Assembly: GCF_006345805.1 (NCBI RefSeq)
Contig: NC_043001.1
Coordinates: forward strand, 80,476,001 to 80,540,000
Direction of reading: 5' to 3'
Length of the DNA stretch: 64,000 nt
From: Octopus sinensis
Lineage: Eukaryota
The position numbers and the translations under genes were made by a program. Each line of letters opens with the position of its first letter. Position 1 is the first letter of the stretch. Below the pieces are notes generated by a model that did no database searches, was not told the DNA's origin, and saw only the letters and a list, made by a program, of their open reading frames with translations. Of the stretch, positions 13,503-26,174 are shown piece by piece.

Positions 13503-13898
13503 CCACCACCATCATCTATGTCATAGTCATCATCATTATTATCATCGTCTTCATCATCATCATCATCATCAACACCACCACCACCACCACCTTCTCCGCC
13601 ACCTCTATCGCCACCACGAGCATAATTATTATCATCATCGTCATGTTCGTTGCCTTTATCATCGCCTGCATCCTCATTGTCATCGTCATCATCGTCACCA
13701 TCATCGTCATTTTCATTGGCAGTACAATCATCACTGCCCTTATCCTCAATATCACGACCATCATGATTACTATAACCATCACTATTACTCCCCTTGCAAC
13801 CATCTTCATCACCCCTCAAATCACCTTCAAATTGATCTTCATCATCATCATCATCGTCATCATCACCATCACCATCATCATCATCACCATCATCACCC

Positions 13899-13941
<43 letters not shown>

Positions 13942-14105
13942 AATTATCATCATCATTATCACCATCATCATCATCACCATCATCATCATCACCATCATCA
14001 TCATCACCATCATCAGCATCACCATTATCAGCATCATCATCATCGTCGTCGTCGTCGTCTTCCTCCTCCTCCTCCTTCTCCATCTCCTCCTCATCATTAA
14101 CATCA
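12940..14105. repeat. Long degenerate (CAT/CAC/CGT)n tract
   Basis: Direct inspection; gives poly-D, poly-I and poly-M pseudo-ORFs. Confidence 0.9.
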
Positions 14106-14190
14106 TAGTATAATGCATTCAGTCTCTCTCCTCTACTAGACTGAGATAATTAAAACATTTAAATATTTGAAAACTGAGATATATGAATTA

Positions 14191-14508
14191 TAGACACACT
14201 TCAACTTACGTCGATAATTGGTTCCAGAACATGCGACTTAACTCGGAAAAACGTCGAAACATGAAAAAAAACATTTCTTTAATAATTTATTAGCTTATAT
14301 TTGTTTTAATAAATGGTTTGTTACATATTTTTGTATGTATTTTAATTGATTTCCCATTTCGATATTAGTTATTAAATGTTTTATTTTTATTTCTATAAAA
14401 TAAATCAAATAAATCGACTGACATTGAGATTTAATATTTGCTTTAATTTCTTTTAAAAAATGAATATCGAAAAAGACGTAAGTTGAACCGACTTATGTCG
14501 AAGTATCT
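14191..14508. mobile_element. Tigger/pogo-like MITE (decayed)
   Basis: Terminal AGACACACTTCAACTTACG versus reverse complement AGATACTTCGACATAAGTCG; AT-rich interior. Confidence 0.45.
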
Positions 14509-14768
14509 TTCTTTCGTTTTTTATTTGCTTCAGTCATTAGACTGCGGCCATGCCAGGGCGCCACACTGAATTTTTAGTCGAATGAACCGACCCTAAGTAT
14601 TTATTATTTTAAGCCTGGTAATTATTCTACCGGACAAATTTGTTCAAACCACTAAGTTATAGGGATGCAAACAAAATAACACCGGTTTTCAAGTGGTGGA
14701 GATAGGGACAAACACAGACAGAAACACACACGCAAACATACACATATATATGTATAAGTGTATACATA

Positions 14769-14846
<78 letters not shown>

Positions 14847-15350
14847 TGAGAAAGTTGATGTGTGAAAGCACGTGGTTGAATATATAGAAAATAGTAAAAA
14901 GTGAAAAAACTACAGAAGGCTTGTTTTAAAAGGTTAAAAAATATATATTTGAGTCATTATGTCTGAAGAATGTTATAAATTTTTTCATACAATGACATAA
15001 TTTTTGAAGAAAGACCGGTTTCGCGTTCAGCTTTTCAAATTTCTTACATCGTTATGTTTACGTTGAGGAGTGTGAAGGAGAGTGAAAGAGAGTTCCAGAT
15101 AAGGGGAGGTAATAAGTGATTTCTTCCGGTGTAAGGGATATAATCGCTTAATATTTCTTGCCTTTCTGTTGGAGTGAGTTTCTCTGTATAAGAATGTTGG
15201 AATGGTTAAGTTTGGGCTTGTATTTTTCAATGAAGAATGTTTCCTTGTTTAGTCTAATTTGTGTTGGTGTTCCGATAGCACATTGGTAAAATAGAAAGAT
15301 TAAAATTTGTGGTAGTAGTTGCTTTGCGCATTTCTCAATGAGCTCACTAA

Positions 15351-15878
15351 ATGGTCAAACAACCTAAATCACTTAAAAAGATTCTCACAAAGGCAAAATT
15401 GTTTTCTGAAATTACGGATGCAAAAGTAAAAAGATGTGGTAGACCGAACTGTGCAACATGTCCAAACCTGCTAGAAGGATCAGAATTCCTCTTCAAAGAG
15501 GGACAGCAATTCAAGATCAAATCTAATTTTACTTGTACCTCTGAAAACATAATTTATGTCATGAAATGCTCGGGCTGCCACCAAAACTACGTGGGGTCCA
15601 CGGGACTATCACTCAGACGTAGATGCACACTGCATCGACAACAGATTGCATTCCCAGAATACAGAATGATACCCTTTAGTGAGCACATTGAGAAATGCGC
15701 AAAGCAACTACTACCACAAATTTTAATCTTTCCGTTTTACCAATGTGCTATCGGAACACAAACACAAATTAGACTAAACAAGGAAACATTCTTCATTGAA
15801 AAATACAAGCCCAAACTTAACCATTCCAACATTCTTATACAGAGAAACTCACTCCAACAGAAAGGCAAGGAATATTAA
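15351..15878 (+). CDS. GIY-YIG endonuclease domain of a Penelope-like element (truncated TE ORF)
   Basis: NIIYVMKC...NYVGSTG motif; 175-aa ORF in the track. Confidence 0.8.
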   Translation: MVKQPKSLKKILTKAKLFSEITDAKVKRCGRPNCATCPNLLEGSEFLFKEGQQFKIKSNFTCTSENIIYVMKCSGCHQNYVGSTGLSLRRRCTLHRQQIAFPEYRMIPFSEHIEKCAKQLLPQILIFPFYQCAIGTQTQIRLNKETFFIEKYKPKLNHSNILIQRNSLQQKGKEY

Positions 15879-15980
15879 GCGATTATATCCCTTACACCGG
15901 AAGAAATCACTTATTACCTCCCCTTATCTGGAACTCTCTTTCACTCTCCTTCACACTTCTCAACGTAAACATAACAATGT

Positions 15981-16019
15981 AAGAAATTTGAAAAGCTGAA
16001 CGCGAAACCGGTCTTTCTT
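15981..16019 (+). ncRNA. Variant hammerhead-like motif (C3U/G8A core), mirrored at ~15007-15045 on the minus strand
   Basis: aagaaa-t-TTGAAAA-gc tgaac gc-GAAA-ccg-GTC|tttctt. Stem I 6 bp, ACCGGT palindrome, stem II only 2 bp, one extra nucleotide before the core. Confidence 0.45.
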
Positions 16020-16138
16020 CAAAAACTATGTCATTGTATGAAAAAAATTTATAACATTCTTCAGACATAATGACTCAAATATATATTTTTTAACCTTTTA
16101 AACAAGCCTTCTGTAGTTTTTTTCACTTTTTACTATTT

Positions 16139-16182
<44 letters not shown>

Positions 16183-16186
<4 letters not shown>

Positions 16187-17421
16187 GTCATCCCATAAGT
16201 TCTGTCTGAATTTTGAATAAAGAAAACAAGTGATCAAATGTTATATTTAATTGAAATTTAATTAGCAATGTACTTTCCCTCATTATCTATTACTTTCTTC
16301 CATCTACTTAAAACCTTTTTAATCCCATCGATGTAAAACTCTTTTGGTTTCAAAGCGAAGAACTCTGAAATGTCAGTTTTGACCTCCTCCAGGCTTGCGA
16401 AAGTTACGTCCCCCAAATGATTCTGTAAACTACGAAACAAATAATAGTCTGAAGGAGTAAGGTCGGGAGAATAAGGTGGATGAGGAATTTTTTCCCAACC
16501 ACGCTCTTCCATCTTCTGTGATGTGATCTTTATAGTGTGGGGTCGCGCATTTTCCTGATGAAACATCACTCCTTTTCGATTCACTAAAGCGTTTTTTTTT
16601 TCCCTCAAAGCTTGGTTCAAGCGCTCTAATTGCTGACAGTAGACTTGAGCATTGATTATTGCATTAGGTGGTAACAATTCAAAGTGAATTACTCTTTTGC
16701 GATCCCATGGAAAGAAGAACCTTTTTTCCATGAAGTTCCCTTCTTGGTTGTGGTTTAGCTTTTTCCCTTTTACCAAGCCACTGTTTACGACGTTTAACAT
16801 TTCGATAGAATATCTATTTTTCGTCACCAGTCACAAGTCTATCCAAAATGGGTGAAATGAGCTAGTGAGAATGGAGAGAAGAGCAGATTTCAACTCAGGA
16901 TTTGCGGTTGCGTTCGGACAATTCATGAGGCACCCATTTTCCAAGTTTAGGAACCTTTCCAAGTTGTTGAAGATGACGATGAAGAGTTGTATGGTTTAAA
17001 TTAAGCTTTATTGCCAACTCTTCTACTGATAATGCAGGATCTTCTTCAAGTGATGCTCAAGGAGCTTCTCATCAAACTCAACTGGACGTCCTGTTCGATC
17101 TTCATCTTCAAGGCTGAAATCTCCACTTCTGAATTTTGGAAACCATCTTCAGCAAGTTCTTTCATTCAAGTATTCTTTCCCATAAACTGAATATGTGTTT
17201 GGAGTCGCTTCGGCTGCAGAGTTTCCTTTTTTGTACACATAAAGCATTATGTGCCTCAAATGCTCTTTGGATACTTCCAGGTTAGAATAATATTTAATTA
17301 GTTTAAATACACACAACTGCATAAAAATAATCTTTAATTCCATTAGACATTCTAACATACTATTAAATTTCATTCAATTTTAAAAACGGTAAAATCGGAC
17401 AGAACTTATGAGGTGACCTGA
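16183..17421 (-). mobile_element. Full-length mariner (DD34D-type) transposon, disrupted
   Basis: ~31-bp TIRs (TCAGGTCATCCCATAAGTTCTGTCTGAATTTT / AAAATCGGACAGAACTTATGAGGTGACCTGA) with TA flanks. ORFs 17149-17373 (HTH N-terminus) and 16258-16827 (HQENARPH...PYSPDLTPSDYYLF). Confidence 0.92.
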
Positions 17422-18859
17422 TATATATATATGTGTGTGTGTGTGCGCGCGCGCATGTGTGTGTGTATGCTTGTGTGTGAGTCGTAATTTTTAACAGCAG
17501 TGTGACCTTCCCCTCGACCCCATCCTCTTACCCCATTGTGCTGCTGCTGTCCTAAGACCCGAGACCCTACCATTAATCAAAGTTTACCTGGTCAGAGATG
17601 AAGCGGTGCTTAAAAATATTAGCATCATTTCACCACATTCCATGACAATCCAATCCTTTGTCTCTTTCTAATACTTTTTCCGTAATACAAGCATCTGTGT
17701 GGAGCCTAGTTATTTTCGTTTGTCTGCATTCTAAATGAGTAAATCGCTTTGTACATACGACTTATCAGAGAACCATGCTCTATTGTAAGAAGATGGCCTA
17801 CTGTAGAAAGCTGGTCTATGAAAATTCGCTTCTATCACAAAACTATGATTTTTCGTTCGCCAATGTTTATTGAGACGATGTTATGATTCCATATCTCGTT
17901 GCAAATAAGGTGTTTTTATCGTTTGGCCCTGACCAGCAAAAAATTTCTTCGCTGGAAGCATAAGCAAGCCAGCAGTTTTGTCAAGGCTCAGAGTTCTTGC
18001 AACTGTTGGATGACGAAGTACAACATGTCGAAACACTGGTGTCCAAGAATGCCGTGCCCCCAACGAGCCGAGTGTACTGAACACACTGATATCGTAAATA
18101 GGAGGAGTTGTTCTCCTATGATATACACTACAGCGACCAGCATATTTTCCGTCTGAACTTACCTAGGCTTGTGAAGAATAAATATGTGAATAATGGCTTA
18201 TTATGATACAACTGCAGGTCAATGCCTGGTGGCCTGTAACGAGACGATGGTTATGACAGGATGTCATTCAGTCACAACAGGAATTAAACACACTACAGCA
18301 AACCAAAGAAGCAGTCATCAACTTCTTAGTGCGCCTACTACACAGTGATAAATCATATTACATTTCATCGTATAATTCAATACTTAGTGAATTATATGCT
18401 AGATCGCAATATGAACTCGGCTTTTGAGAGTGGAAACTAACTACTACGAACCACCACCAGCTCGTTTGCCTTTCGGCTAATAATCGATTCTTACCGTTTT
18501 ACAATAACTTTATACTATAGTGCAATATTATATATCTATGCTACTAACCTACACAGACTTTTATTGAAACAAAAGAACTGTACACTGAAGCGTTCAAATC
18601 AGAAACAAGCCGTTAAATCTCGTGTAACTGTTCCATAAAACTATTAACGGTAACAGCTACCGTTAATAACTACAGTAGCAATGAAAATAGTAACAAGTGT
18701 AGCGACAGCAATGATTAAAAGACGCACGCACACACACACAACACATACACACATACTCACAACACACACATACACACACGGTAGCAACAACAACAGCTGT
18801 TTCAATTTTTGATTACGAGCTCAGCAATTTTAAAGAAACGGTATTGTTAAATACATCAA

Positions 18860-19010
18860 CCTCAGTGCTCAACTTGTTTTATTGACCCCCAAAAGGAAGG
18901 AAGACAAAGTGAAGCTCAGCGGAATTTGAACTAGGAGAGTAAAGATGGGCGAAATGCCACTAAGCATTTTGTTCACCGTGCTAATGACTCTGTCAGCTCA
19001 TCGCCTTAGC
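18860..19010 (-). mobile_element. SINE (GGCGGTGAGCTGGCAGAA family), decayed
   Basis: Reverse complement matches the copies at 36677 and 59433. Confidence 0.65.
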
Positions 19011-19984
19011 AACAACAACAATAGTAACAACAGCACCGACAACAACAACAACAACAAGCCAGCAAGGAAGCCTTACGTGGCCGCGATTGCGGTCTTACCT
19101 CTTGCGAGAAATAACTAGCAAATCTCCCTCAAAGTACATCCTACCGTTAAAAAGGGACATATTGGAAAATGCAATTCGAGTTAGACTCAGCTTGAGCAAG
19201 AAAGATTGGGTGGCCCTGGTTAGAACATTTTTGATCATAGAGCTTTTCAATCAGAGCTGACCTGGGGAAGAGCAAGAAAAATAATGAAAGAAGCTAGGTC
19301 GATTTCAATGAATGAAATGAGGACTAAATATCAAGGCAGAATTTGTCCATATTTCCTGTCTTTATATGATTCTCTCACCGTGCTTAAACAGTGCTATAGA
19401 CAGACTCCCTGTTTCCCCCTTATTCTAATCTTTACTCCTTCCTTTTCCTACTTACAAACTCCCATAAACACATACACAAATCTCACACAATTTTTCTTCA
19501 TTATGTTCAAATACACACACACATCCTCTTACTTTCTTTCTCATTCTCTGACTTTCTCCTCCTCTCTTCCTCTTTCTCTCTCTCTCTTTCTTTCTTTCTC
19601 TCTCGCTCTTCTCGCTTATCAATATCTCTGCTTCTCACTCTTTCTCTACTGCTCTCGTTTTTCTATCTCTTCTTGCTTCTCTTGGCGTCTCTTTTGATGC
19701 ATCTCTCTTCCTTCTCCTTCATCCTTTCTCTCTCTCTCTCTTTCTCTCTCTCTGCTGACATTGTCTATCTTTCTTGCATTCACACATGCATCTCTCATCT
19801 TGCATTCACACAAACATCTTCCATGCTTTTCTCCATTCCTCTTTCTTACTCACAACTTCTTCCCCTATCTTTTACCTACATACAAACAACATCCAGATTG
19901 GACATCAACGCACCCGAAAACCGCTGCTCACACAAGAAACTGAGATTCTACTGAGATCCATTCACTTGTACATTTATAAAAAAA

Positions 19985-20600
19985 CAAAAAGAAAAAGACT
20001 GCTGAAGACAAAATCAAGACAGCAAATTGGCTTGCCACACATAGCTTCATAGTAAGCGCAAACGTAGTGGCCAAGAATGAAAACCATCGACCTAGCAGAA
20101 AACTATAGACACACGCTTGATTAAACAATATGTTTAAGCTTTACACAAAATGTCGCAAACCAATTCCTCCAAGACCATTGCGAGTCCAACTAAGTAGTGA
20201 ATGGCTAATGAGCAGCGAAGTAGAGAGAAGAGAGTCTGTGAATGTACCGAATCGTTTCCAGTTAATAAATCTACGCTCTCTTATGTGAAGAAGAAAAACC
20301 AGATTGTAGAAGTGGTGCGACAATATAGTTTAATTACAAAAGGACGTTGGACATTATTCCCCACTAATGGCTGATGGGATTACTGCGTTTGGCAAAAGTA
20401 ACGGCTGTCTTAATTGCTATCATTGAAATACTTCCACAAAATTGGTCAAGCTTGTAACTGAAAGAAGAACAATTGTTCCTGAAGCTGGGAATCTTTCAAA
20501 AGGAATATTTCAAGAAGTATGATTGTCTAGGGTTCTCCTTATTTTTGACACTAAGCCAAGTGTCATTTTTGTATTTGGTTTGCAAGGTTCTTGATGTGAA
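19985..20600 (+). mobile_element. R4/NeSL-like (RLE clade) non-LTR RT remnant
   Basis: Across frameshifts: NYKRTLDIIPH*WLMGLLRLAKV (cf. DYKKAFDSIPHSWL) and LSKGIFQEV*LS (cf. GIFQGDSLS). Confidence 0.6.
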
Positions 20601-20964
20601 GTTCTGAGCCGAATTTTTTTTTTTTGTTGTATGTGGTGGGGATCAATTATTAAACACACACATTGATTCTATTTTATTCTTTATTTTTTACGAACTAGTT
20701 CAATATTTAACCGGTTAACTGATAGAGTTGTGAAGAAAGGACTGATAAAAAAATAGCTGATTAATTACAAGAATGATTAATCAAACAATCGTTTTGTTAA
20801 ATAGTAAACTAATTGAAAATAATAAAGAAGTGAAATAGGATAGGTGCTTGTGTTTATTATTGGCATAATAACCATTTCTTTTAGGAATATCCACTGGTTA
20901 ATATGATAAAGGCAACAGCATCAAAGCACAGCCTTCTGTGTCTTGCTGTTATTTTGCAAGACGC

Positions 20965-21200
20965 AGAAGGAGCGTGGCTTAGTGATTATGTATTCGGTTC
21001 ATGATCGTAAGGTCATGAGTTCGATTCCTAGCGGCACGTTGTGTCCTAGAGCAAGGCACGTTATTTCACGTGGATCCAGTTCACTCAGCTGGAAAAATCA
21101 GTTTTGTCACATTCTGTGTCACGCTGAATCTCCCTGAGAACTATGTTAAGAGTACTCATGTTTGTGGAGTACTCAGCCACGATCACTTTCATGATCAGAC
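20965..21200 (+). mobile_element. tRNA-derived SINE
   Basis: A-box-like TGGCTTAGTG, B-box GTTCGATTCC, then TGTGTCCTAGAGCAAGGCAC core; a related copy lies at 48190-48420. Confidence 0.65.
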
Positions 21201-21409
21201 TGTTCTGTTGATCGATCAAGAGGAACCTCATCATCGTAACCGACGGAATGCCAGCTTTTGCTTTAATGCAGATTCTGTGCAATCATTTAATCTGATAGAC
21301 ATAGCAATCTCATTCATTCCCTTAGTGACCTAATATCTTGCTATGTAGGTACATAATTGAGAATATAACCAAATATCCATCAATTCATCCATCCATCCAT
21401 CCACCCGTC

Positions 21410-21930
21410 TTCTCCGTCTGCTATTTTTGAGAAGGTCGTAGGGGTAGAGTCTTCAGGCACTTCCTCCAAAGGATCCTATCAGAAGTATTAAGCTTTCCAG
21501 CTGAATTCCTTAGCATGACCAACTGAGATTATGAATAATATCCAGTCATCTTGTTCTTGGTCTATCCTTGGGTCTTCTGCCGGTTCGCTCGGTTAGATGA
21601 ATCTGTCTTGTGATTCGCCCCTGTGATATTCTAATCACATGTCAATGGTCCCAGAGCGGTGACTTCTCAATGCGGAGAATTAGCTGCGAGACCTGGAGAG
21701 TCTCCCTGACACCCGAGCTACACGCCCTGTCGAGTAACATCACTACAGAGATCCTTCTGTAGAACACCGTTTCGGCTGCTTGTATTCGCGGTCGTACCCT
21801 TTCGGTGCTTACCCAACATTTGTAGCCATTGATGAAAGTAGGCACAAGAACCGATTTGAAGACAAATAGTTTGGTTGTTACACCAACCTCTCTCGTTTCA
21901 CCTAGATTATCCAAGGTACATTAGATCTCA
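21410..21930 (-). mobile_element. RTE LINE 3' fragment (decayed)
   Basis: ORF 21642-21914: TKLFVFKSVLVPTFINGYKCWV...RIQAAETVFYRRI, the post-RT region of RTE. Confidence 0.7.
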
Positions 21931-23135
21931 GATCAAAAATACAAGTTGGTTGCAGCTAGAACTCTTGATAATGGTCTACTCGATCAGAGTCGAATAATGG
22001 CTAACAGCAACAACGACGACAATGACAACAACAGTAACAACAATTTATAAGATCCCCGTCGGTCATGAATGATCATGGGATTGCACCTAGAGAATTACCC
22101 ACCCATGCACAAGTACGGGCAAGGTTGTTTATGGAAGACCCGTATTTGGCCATGCATACCGGCCTCCCCTCTCTTATATTTTTTTATTTTTATATTTTTA
22201 ATTTTTTTATTTATTATTTTTTGTCTGTATGTAAGCATTTAGATATGTAAATAAACAGATCAACATACAGACGGATAGGTTACATAGGTTACAAGAACAG
22301 ACACATATGGAGACACGGATCCACACATATAAAGATGCACATCCATACATACAAACATGGTACATAGTTACATAACACACACACACACAGATATGCACAC
22401 ACAAGGAGACAGAGGTGCATACATATACAAACACATGCTCACACACACATATATAGAAAATACACAAACACTGACAGGCAAGCACATAAATATGCAGGAT
22501 ACGTACATACAGATGTACACACATACATAAATATGCATACACACACATATATACATACACATGCAAACACACACACACATACATGCGTACATGTATGCAT
22601 GTATAGGCTCACACACACAGACCCACACACATGCGCACAAACAAACAAAAGGGAACGCAGTGTAAATAACGGACATAGTCAAGACTATTGAAAAGGTTGC
22701 AAGACGCAACGAAAATTTCAGAAAATAAAAAATAAGAAATAAGTGGAAATTTTACCGGCGAGAGTGTGTTAAATAATAAGGCACTAAAAGAGAATGACTC
22801 TCCCCAGACACAACAGTATATATATATAGTACATCGAAAATAATCCCTCAGTCTGCTTTATAAATATTTTGTACATATTTTCCAGTACAGAATTTCGCTA
22901 ATTTCCTCACTATCTAGGGTTTCGTTTTTCCGAGGAATTGTTATTCGTGATAGTTTTCTTTCTTTTCAAGAGAAATCACTGGTTTGTAATACCTCTACCA
23001 TCATAGACGCTGAATAGGAATCCACGTTGATTTCCAAGGAATCCTAAAAGTCTTCCAAATATTAAAGGGTGTGTTTTTGCACTGTTTTGTTTTTCATATA
23101 CCTTAGCGGGGGAAAAAACAACATCCATAACCCAT

Positions 23136-23314
23136 TATTTACATTGGACAGATAGGTGTCCTCATCTTGTTTGTTGTTACAACAGCGTTTCCGTTGATTT
23201 ACTCTTCAGCCTTCATCAGGTGTTCTGGTAGAATTTTGAACCCAACGAACAAGATGAGGACACATATCCGTACAATGTAAATAATGTACAGAATTCCACA
23301 TCTCTAAAATATAG
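23136..23314 (-). mobile_element. ~180-bp fold-back Penelope-like mini-element with a degenerate hammerhead and 16-bp flanking direct repeat
   Basis: AACATCCATAACCCAT at 23120-23135 and 23315-23330; inverted arms 23134-23176 / 23243-23285. Minus strand acac-CTGATGA-aggctg...GAAAC with U16.1 and stem II mutated. Confidence 0.75.
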
Positions 23315-23827
23315 AACATCCATAACCCATGTCAGGGTACAGCGAATCTTATCGGGCAATAGGGCAATATTTGGGCTGAAAAAAGCGACTATCATATTAG
23401 CAAAGGCATAAAACTTATATTAACTCACACTCACATCTTATGTATATTGATTTCAAATTTTGGTACGAGGCCAGCAAATTCGAGTGATGAGATGAGTCGA
23501 TGGCATTGACCTCCGTGTTTAAATGGTACTTATTTTATTGACCCCGAAAACGTGAAGGGCAAAATCGACCGTGGCGAAATTTGAACTCAGAGTGTAAACA
23601 AGGACGAAATGCTCTTAAGCATTTTGCCCGGTGTAGTAACGATTCTGCCAACTCGCCGCTTTAAATTACGTGTTCATTAAATGATATTTATCTCTCACTT
23701 GATGGAGCACTTTTGTTGATGCCACCAACAATGGAACAATATATTACATACTTACATGTACGTATATATGTATGCATATATCATATATACATACATATAT
23801 ATATATTATATATATATTATATATATA

Positions 23828-23869
<42 letters not shown>

Positions 23870-23870
<1 letters not shown>

Positions 23871-24111
23871 AAGAATTCACAAAAAAAAAACAAAAGACGA
23901 AGACAGGTGGTGTAGACAACAAACAGATGTATTAGTATAACGCTCGAGAAGTGTAAAAGTCTTTAACGTTTCGAGCCTACGCTCTTTCACAGAAAGGAAC
24001 ACAGAAAGAAACAAGGAGAGAAAATAAAGAATGAGTAGTGACTAGCGATCTATCATGGCGAATATATATATATATATTCGCCATGATAAATATATATATA
24101 TATATTCGCCA

Positions 24112-24115
<4 letters not shown>
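23870..24115 (-). mobile_element. Penelope-like terminal fragment with hammerhead-like motif at 23961-23996
   Basis: Minus strand cttt-CTGTGAA-A-gagc gtag gctc-GAAA-CGTT-aaag. Same family as 35870-36055. Short inverted ATTCGCCATGATA repeats at 24074-24115. Confidence 0.65.
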
Positions 24116-24146
<31 letters not shown>

Positions 24147-24519
24147 TGTATACATGTGGGAGGTTGTATCTATATACACAAAATGTAAACACAGATATGC
24201 AAAACATGGTGAAAAAAAGCACTCGACTTCCAAATTCAGTAATTTATTGAAGCAAGATGAAACGATTGCACACACTGCTATGCAGGTTTTCGCATAACTC
24301 GCTCCGTAAGTATCTAGACTGTCTGACGGTCGGTTACTTTAAACTCTGAGTAACAGTTTGCGAATTATTTTCAACTTCAGTAAAATAGTATATTGTTATA
24401 TAGATATAATATAGACATATGCAAGTATATATGTATGTATATGCATATAAAATTATACATACATATACGTATACACAACACACACGCACACACACACACA
24501 TACACACACATATATATAT

Positions 24520-24770
24520 GTACAGTGTACATTTAAACACATAAGAGTTATCCGTCATAGGATTCCTGGCACGCTAGAAGGAACAGCCAAAGTCCAAACC
24601 ACTATTAGTGATGAAACTTCGAAGGGAATGAAAAATAAAAACATTTACCATCTATCACTGGACCATGGCTTCTGAGGGTTTTTAGCAAATAAAATAATTT
24701 GCTAGGTGAAGTCTACACGGTAGGCCACTGGTAGCAAAAATTTCTAAAATCTTTATTACCCTCATATTAA
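24520..24770 (-). mobile_element. Decayed copy of the 52198-53913 fold-back family
   Basis: Shares AGTGTACATTTAAACAC, TTTAGCAAATAAAATAATTT and TAGGCCACTGGTAG in the same order. Confidence 0.55.
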
Positions 24771-25020
24771 TTATATATATATATATATATCACAGAACAA
24801 TTAAACAATTTGCCACAATTACCTCCCTTCACAATACACTTTATACACTGTAGAAATTAGGTTTAAACTAATTTCACTCACCTTCTCCCTACTCTCTCCC
24901 CTTTTCTTCACCCCTCTCTCTATTTCACCCTTTCTCTCACCTTTATAATGATTTATTTTTTATATGTTTTTTTAACTAATTGGTCCTATTTTTTTAACTG
25001 AATATTTTAGTTACGTGTAC

Positions 25021-25478
25021 AGACTCACCCTTTTTTCTTGTCGTTGTTTCTACTGTTGTTGTTTCTTTTTACTGTTTTTTTTTCGGCGGAACTCAAGAGG
25101 TATAAAATATACAATATTAATGAAAATTCAAAATTATTATTTAATGTTACCATGGCAATGGACTGCCTTATAATCTACTATGATTTCCATAGAGATCACA
25201 ATTTCAGCATTTCATTCAGCTACAAACATTCCAGCTTATTTTTATCACCCCTGTATTTTTGTTAATATATTTCTCTTTTCTTTTCTTTTTATTGATTAAA
25301 TTTTTTTTTTATTTATTTTAACACATTACTTCGTTTATTTTTATTGATTTTTCATTACGTTTTCATAGTTTTATTTTTAAAATATTCTCTCTTTCTTTTT
25401 TCCCTCTCTCTCTCTCTCTCTCTCTCTATCGCTTATATATATACATATATATATATAATCATATATACATATACATTC

Positions 25479-25515
<37 letters not shown>

Positions 25516-26139
25516 ATATATAATATATATATATATATTCATATATGTATGCATATATATATATGTATATGTATACATTTATTCAGATGGCGGCGTGTTT
25601 TACTTGTCTTTGTATACACACACGTATATGAGGTGAGCGATTGCGCGTCCGTGTGTATATCTGTGTGTGGTTATTTTCTCTTTCCACTAACAGCATCCAT
25701 TTTCGAAGTCAACTAAAATATATTTTTATTTCGGTTTTTACGTTCTTAATTTATTTCTAAAAGCCAATCATTTTAGTGTTTCACAGCAATAAAATAAAAA
25801 TGAAAAACTGGAATGAAATAAAAATAATTTTTTATCTTTTTGTTGTTTTTCAAGTCGGTTTTTATCATTATTATTTTTTTTTTTTCAATATTTATTTTAT
25901 CTCTATACTGTTCTTGTTATTGTTGTTGCTGTCTTTTTTTAATTGCTTTTTGTTAATTTATATTTTATTTGAATTTTTTACGTGTGTGGGTGTGTGTGTG
26001 TGTATTTGTGTGTGTGTGTGTGTGTGCTTGTGTATGGCGAGGGGAGGGAAGCCTTCAATATGGGTTTTTAATGTTGTTCACCTACAATAGAAAGCGTTTT
26101 TAACGTGTTTGTTGTTGTTGTATATGTTGTTGCTGCTGT

Positions 26140-26174
<35 letters not shown>

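Larger units (their letters stand above)
14886..16140 (+). mobile_element. 5'-truncated Penelope-like element with GIY-YIG endonuclease and ~465-bp inverted terminal duplication
   Basis: ORF 15351-15878: CGRPNCATC...NFTCTSENIIYVMKCSGCHQNYVGSTG...R...H...RLNKETFFIEKYKPKLN (GIY-YIG with CCHH-type cysteines). 14886-15350 is a near-identical inverted copy of 15675-16140. Confidence 0.9.

Noticed and set aside
13298-14083. 261-aa Asp-rich ORF resembling an acidic biomineralisation protein
   Set aside because: It is a translation of a degenerate (CAT)n tract that is open in several frames on both strands, with no signal peptide or splice evidence.
17700-18300. Possible decayed Tc1 transposase on the minus strand (PAKK...FCDRSEF)
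   Set aside because: Needs several frameshifts, no TIRs or catalytic motif are visible, and similarity is not convincing by eye.
20965-21040. tRNA gene
   Set aside because: A/B boxes are present, but there is no cloverleaf closure and it continues into a SINE core.
22680-22720. TTGAAAA-g-gttgc aagac gcaac-GAAA hammerhead-like motif
   Set aside because: No NUH triplet or stem I/III partner can be built from the adjacent sequence.
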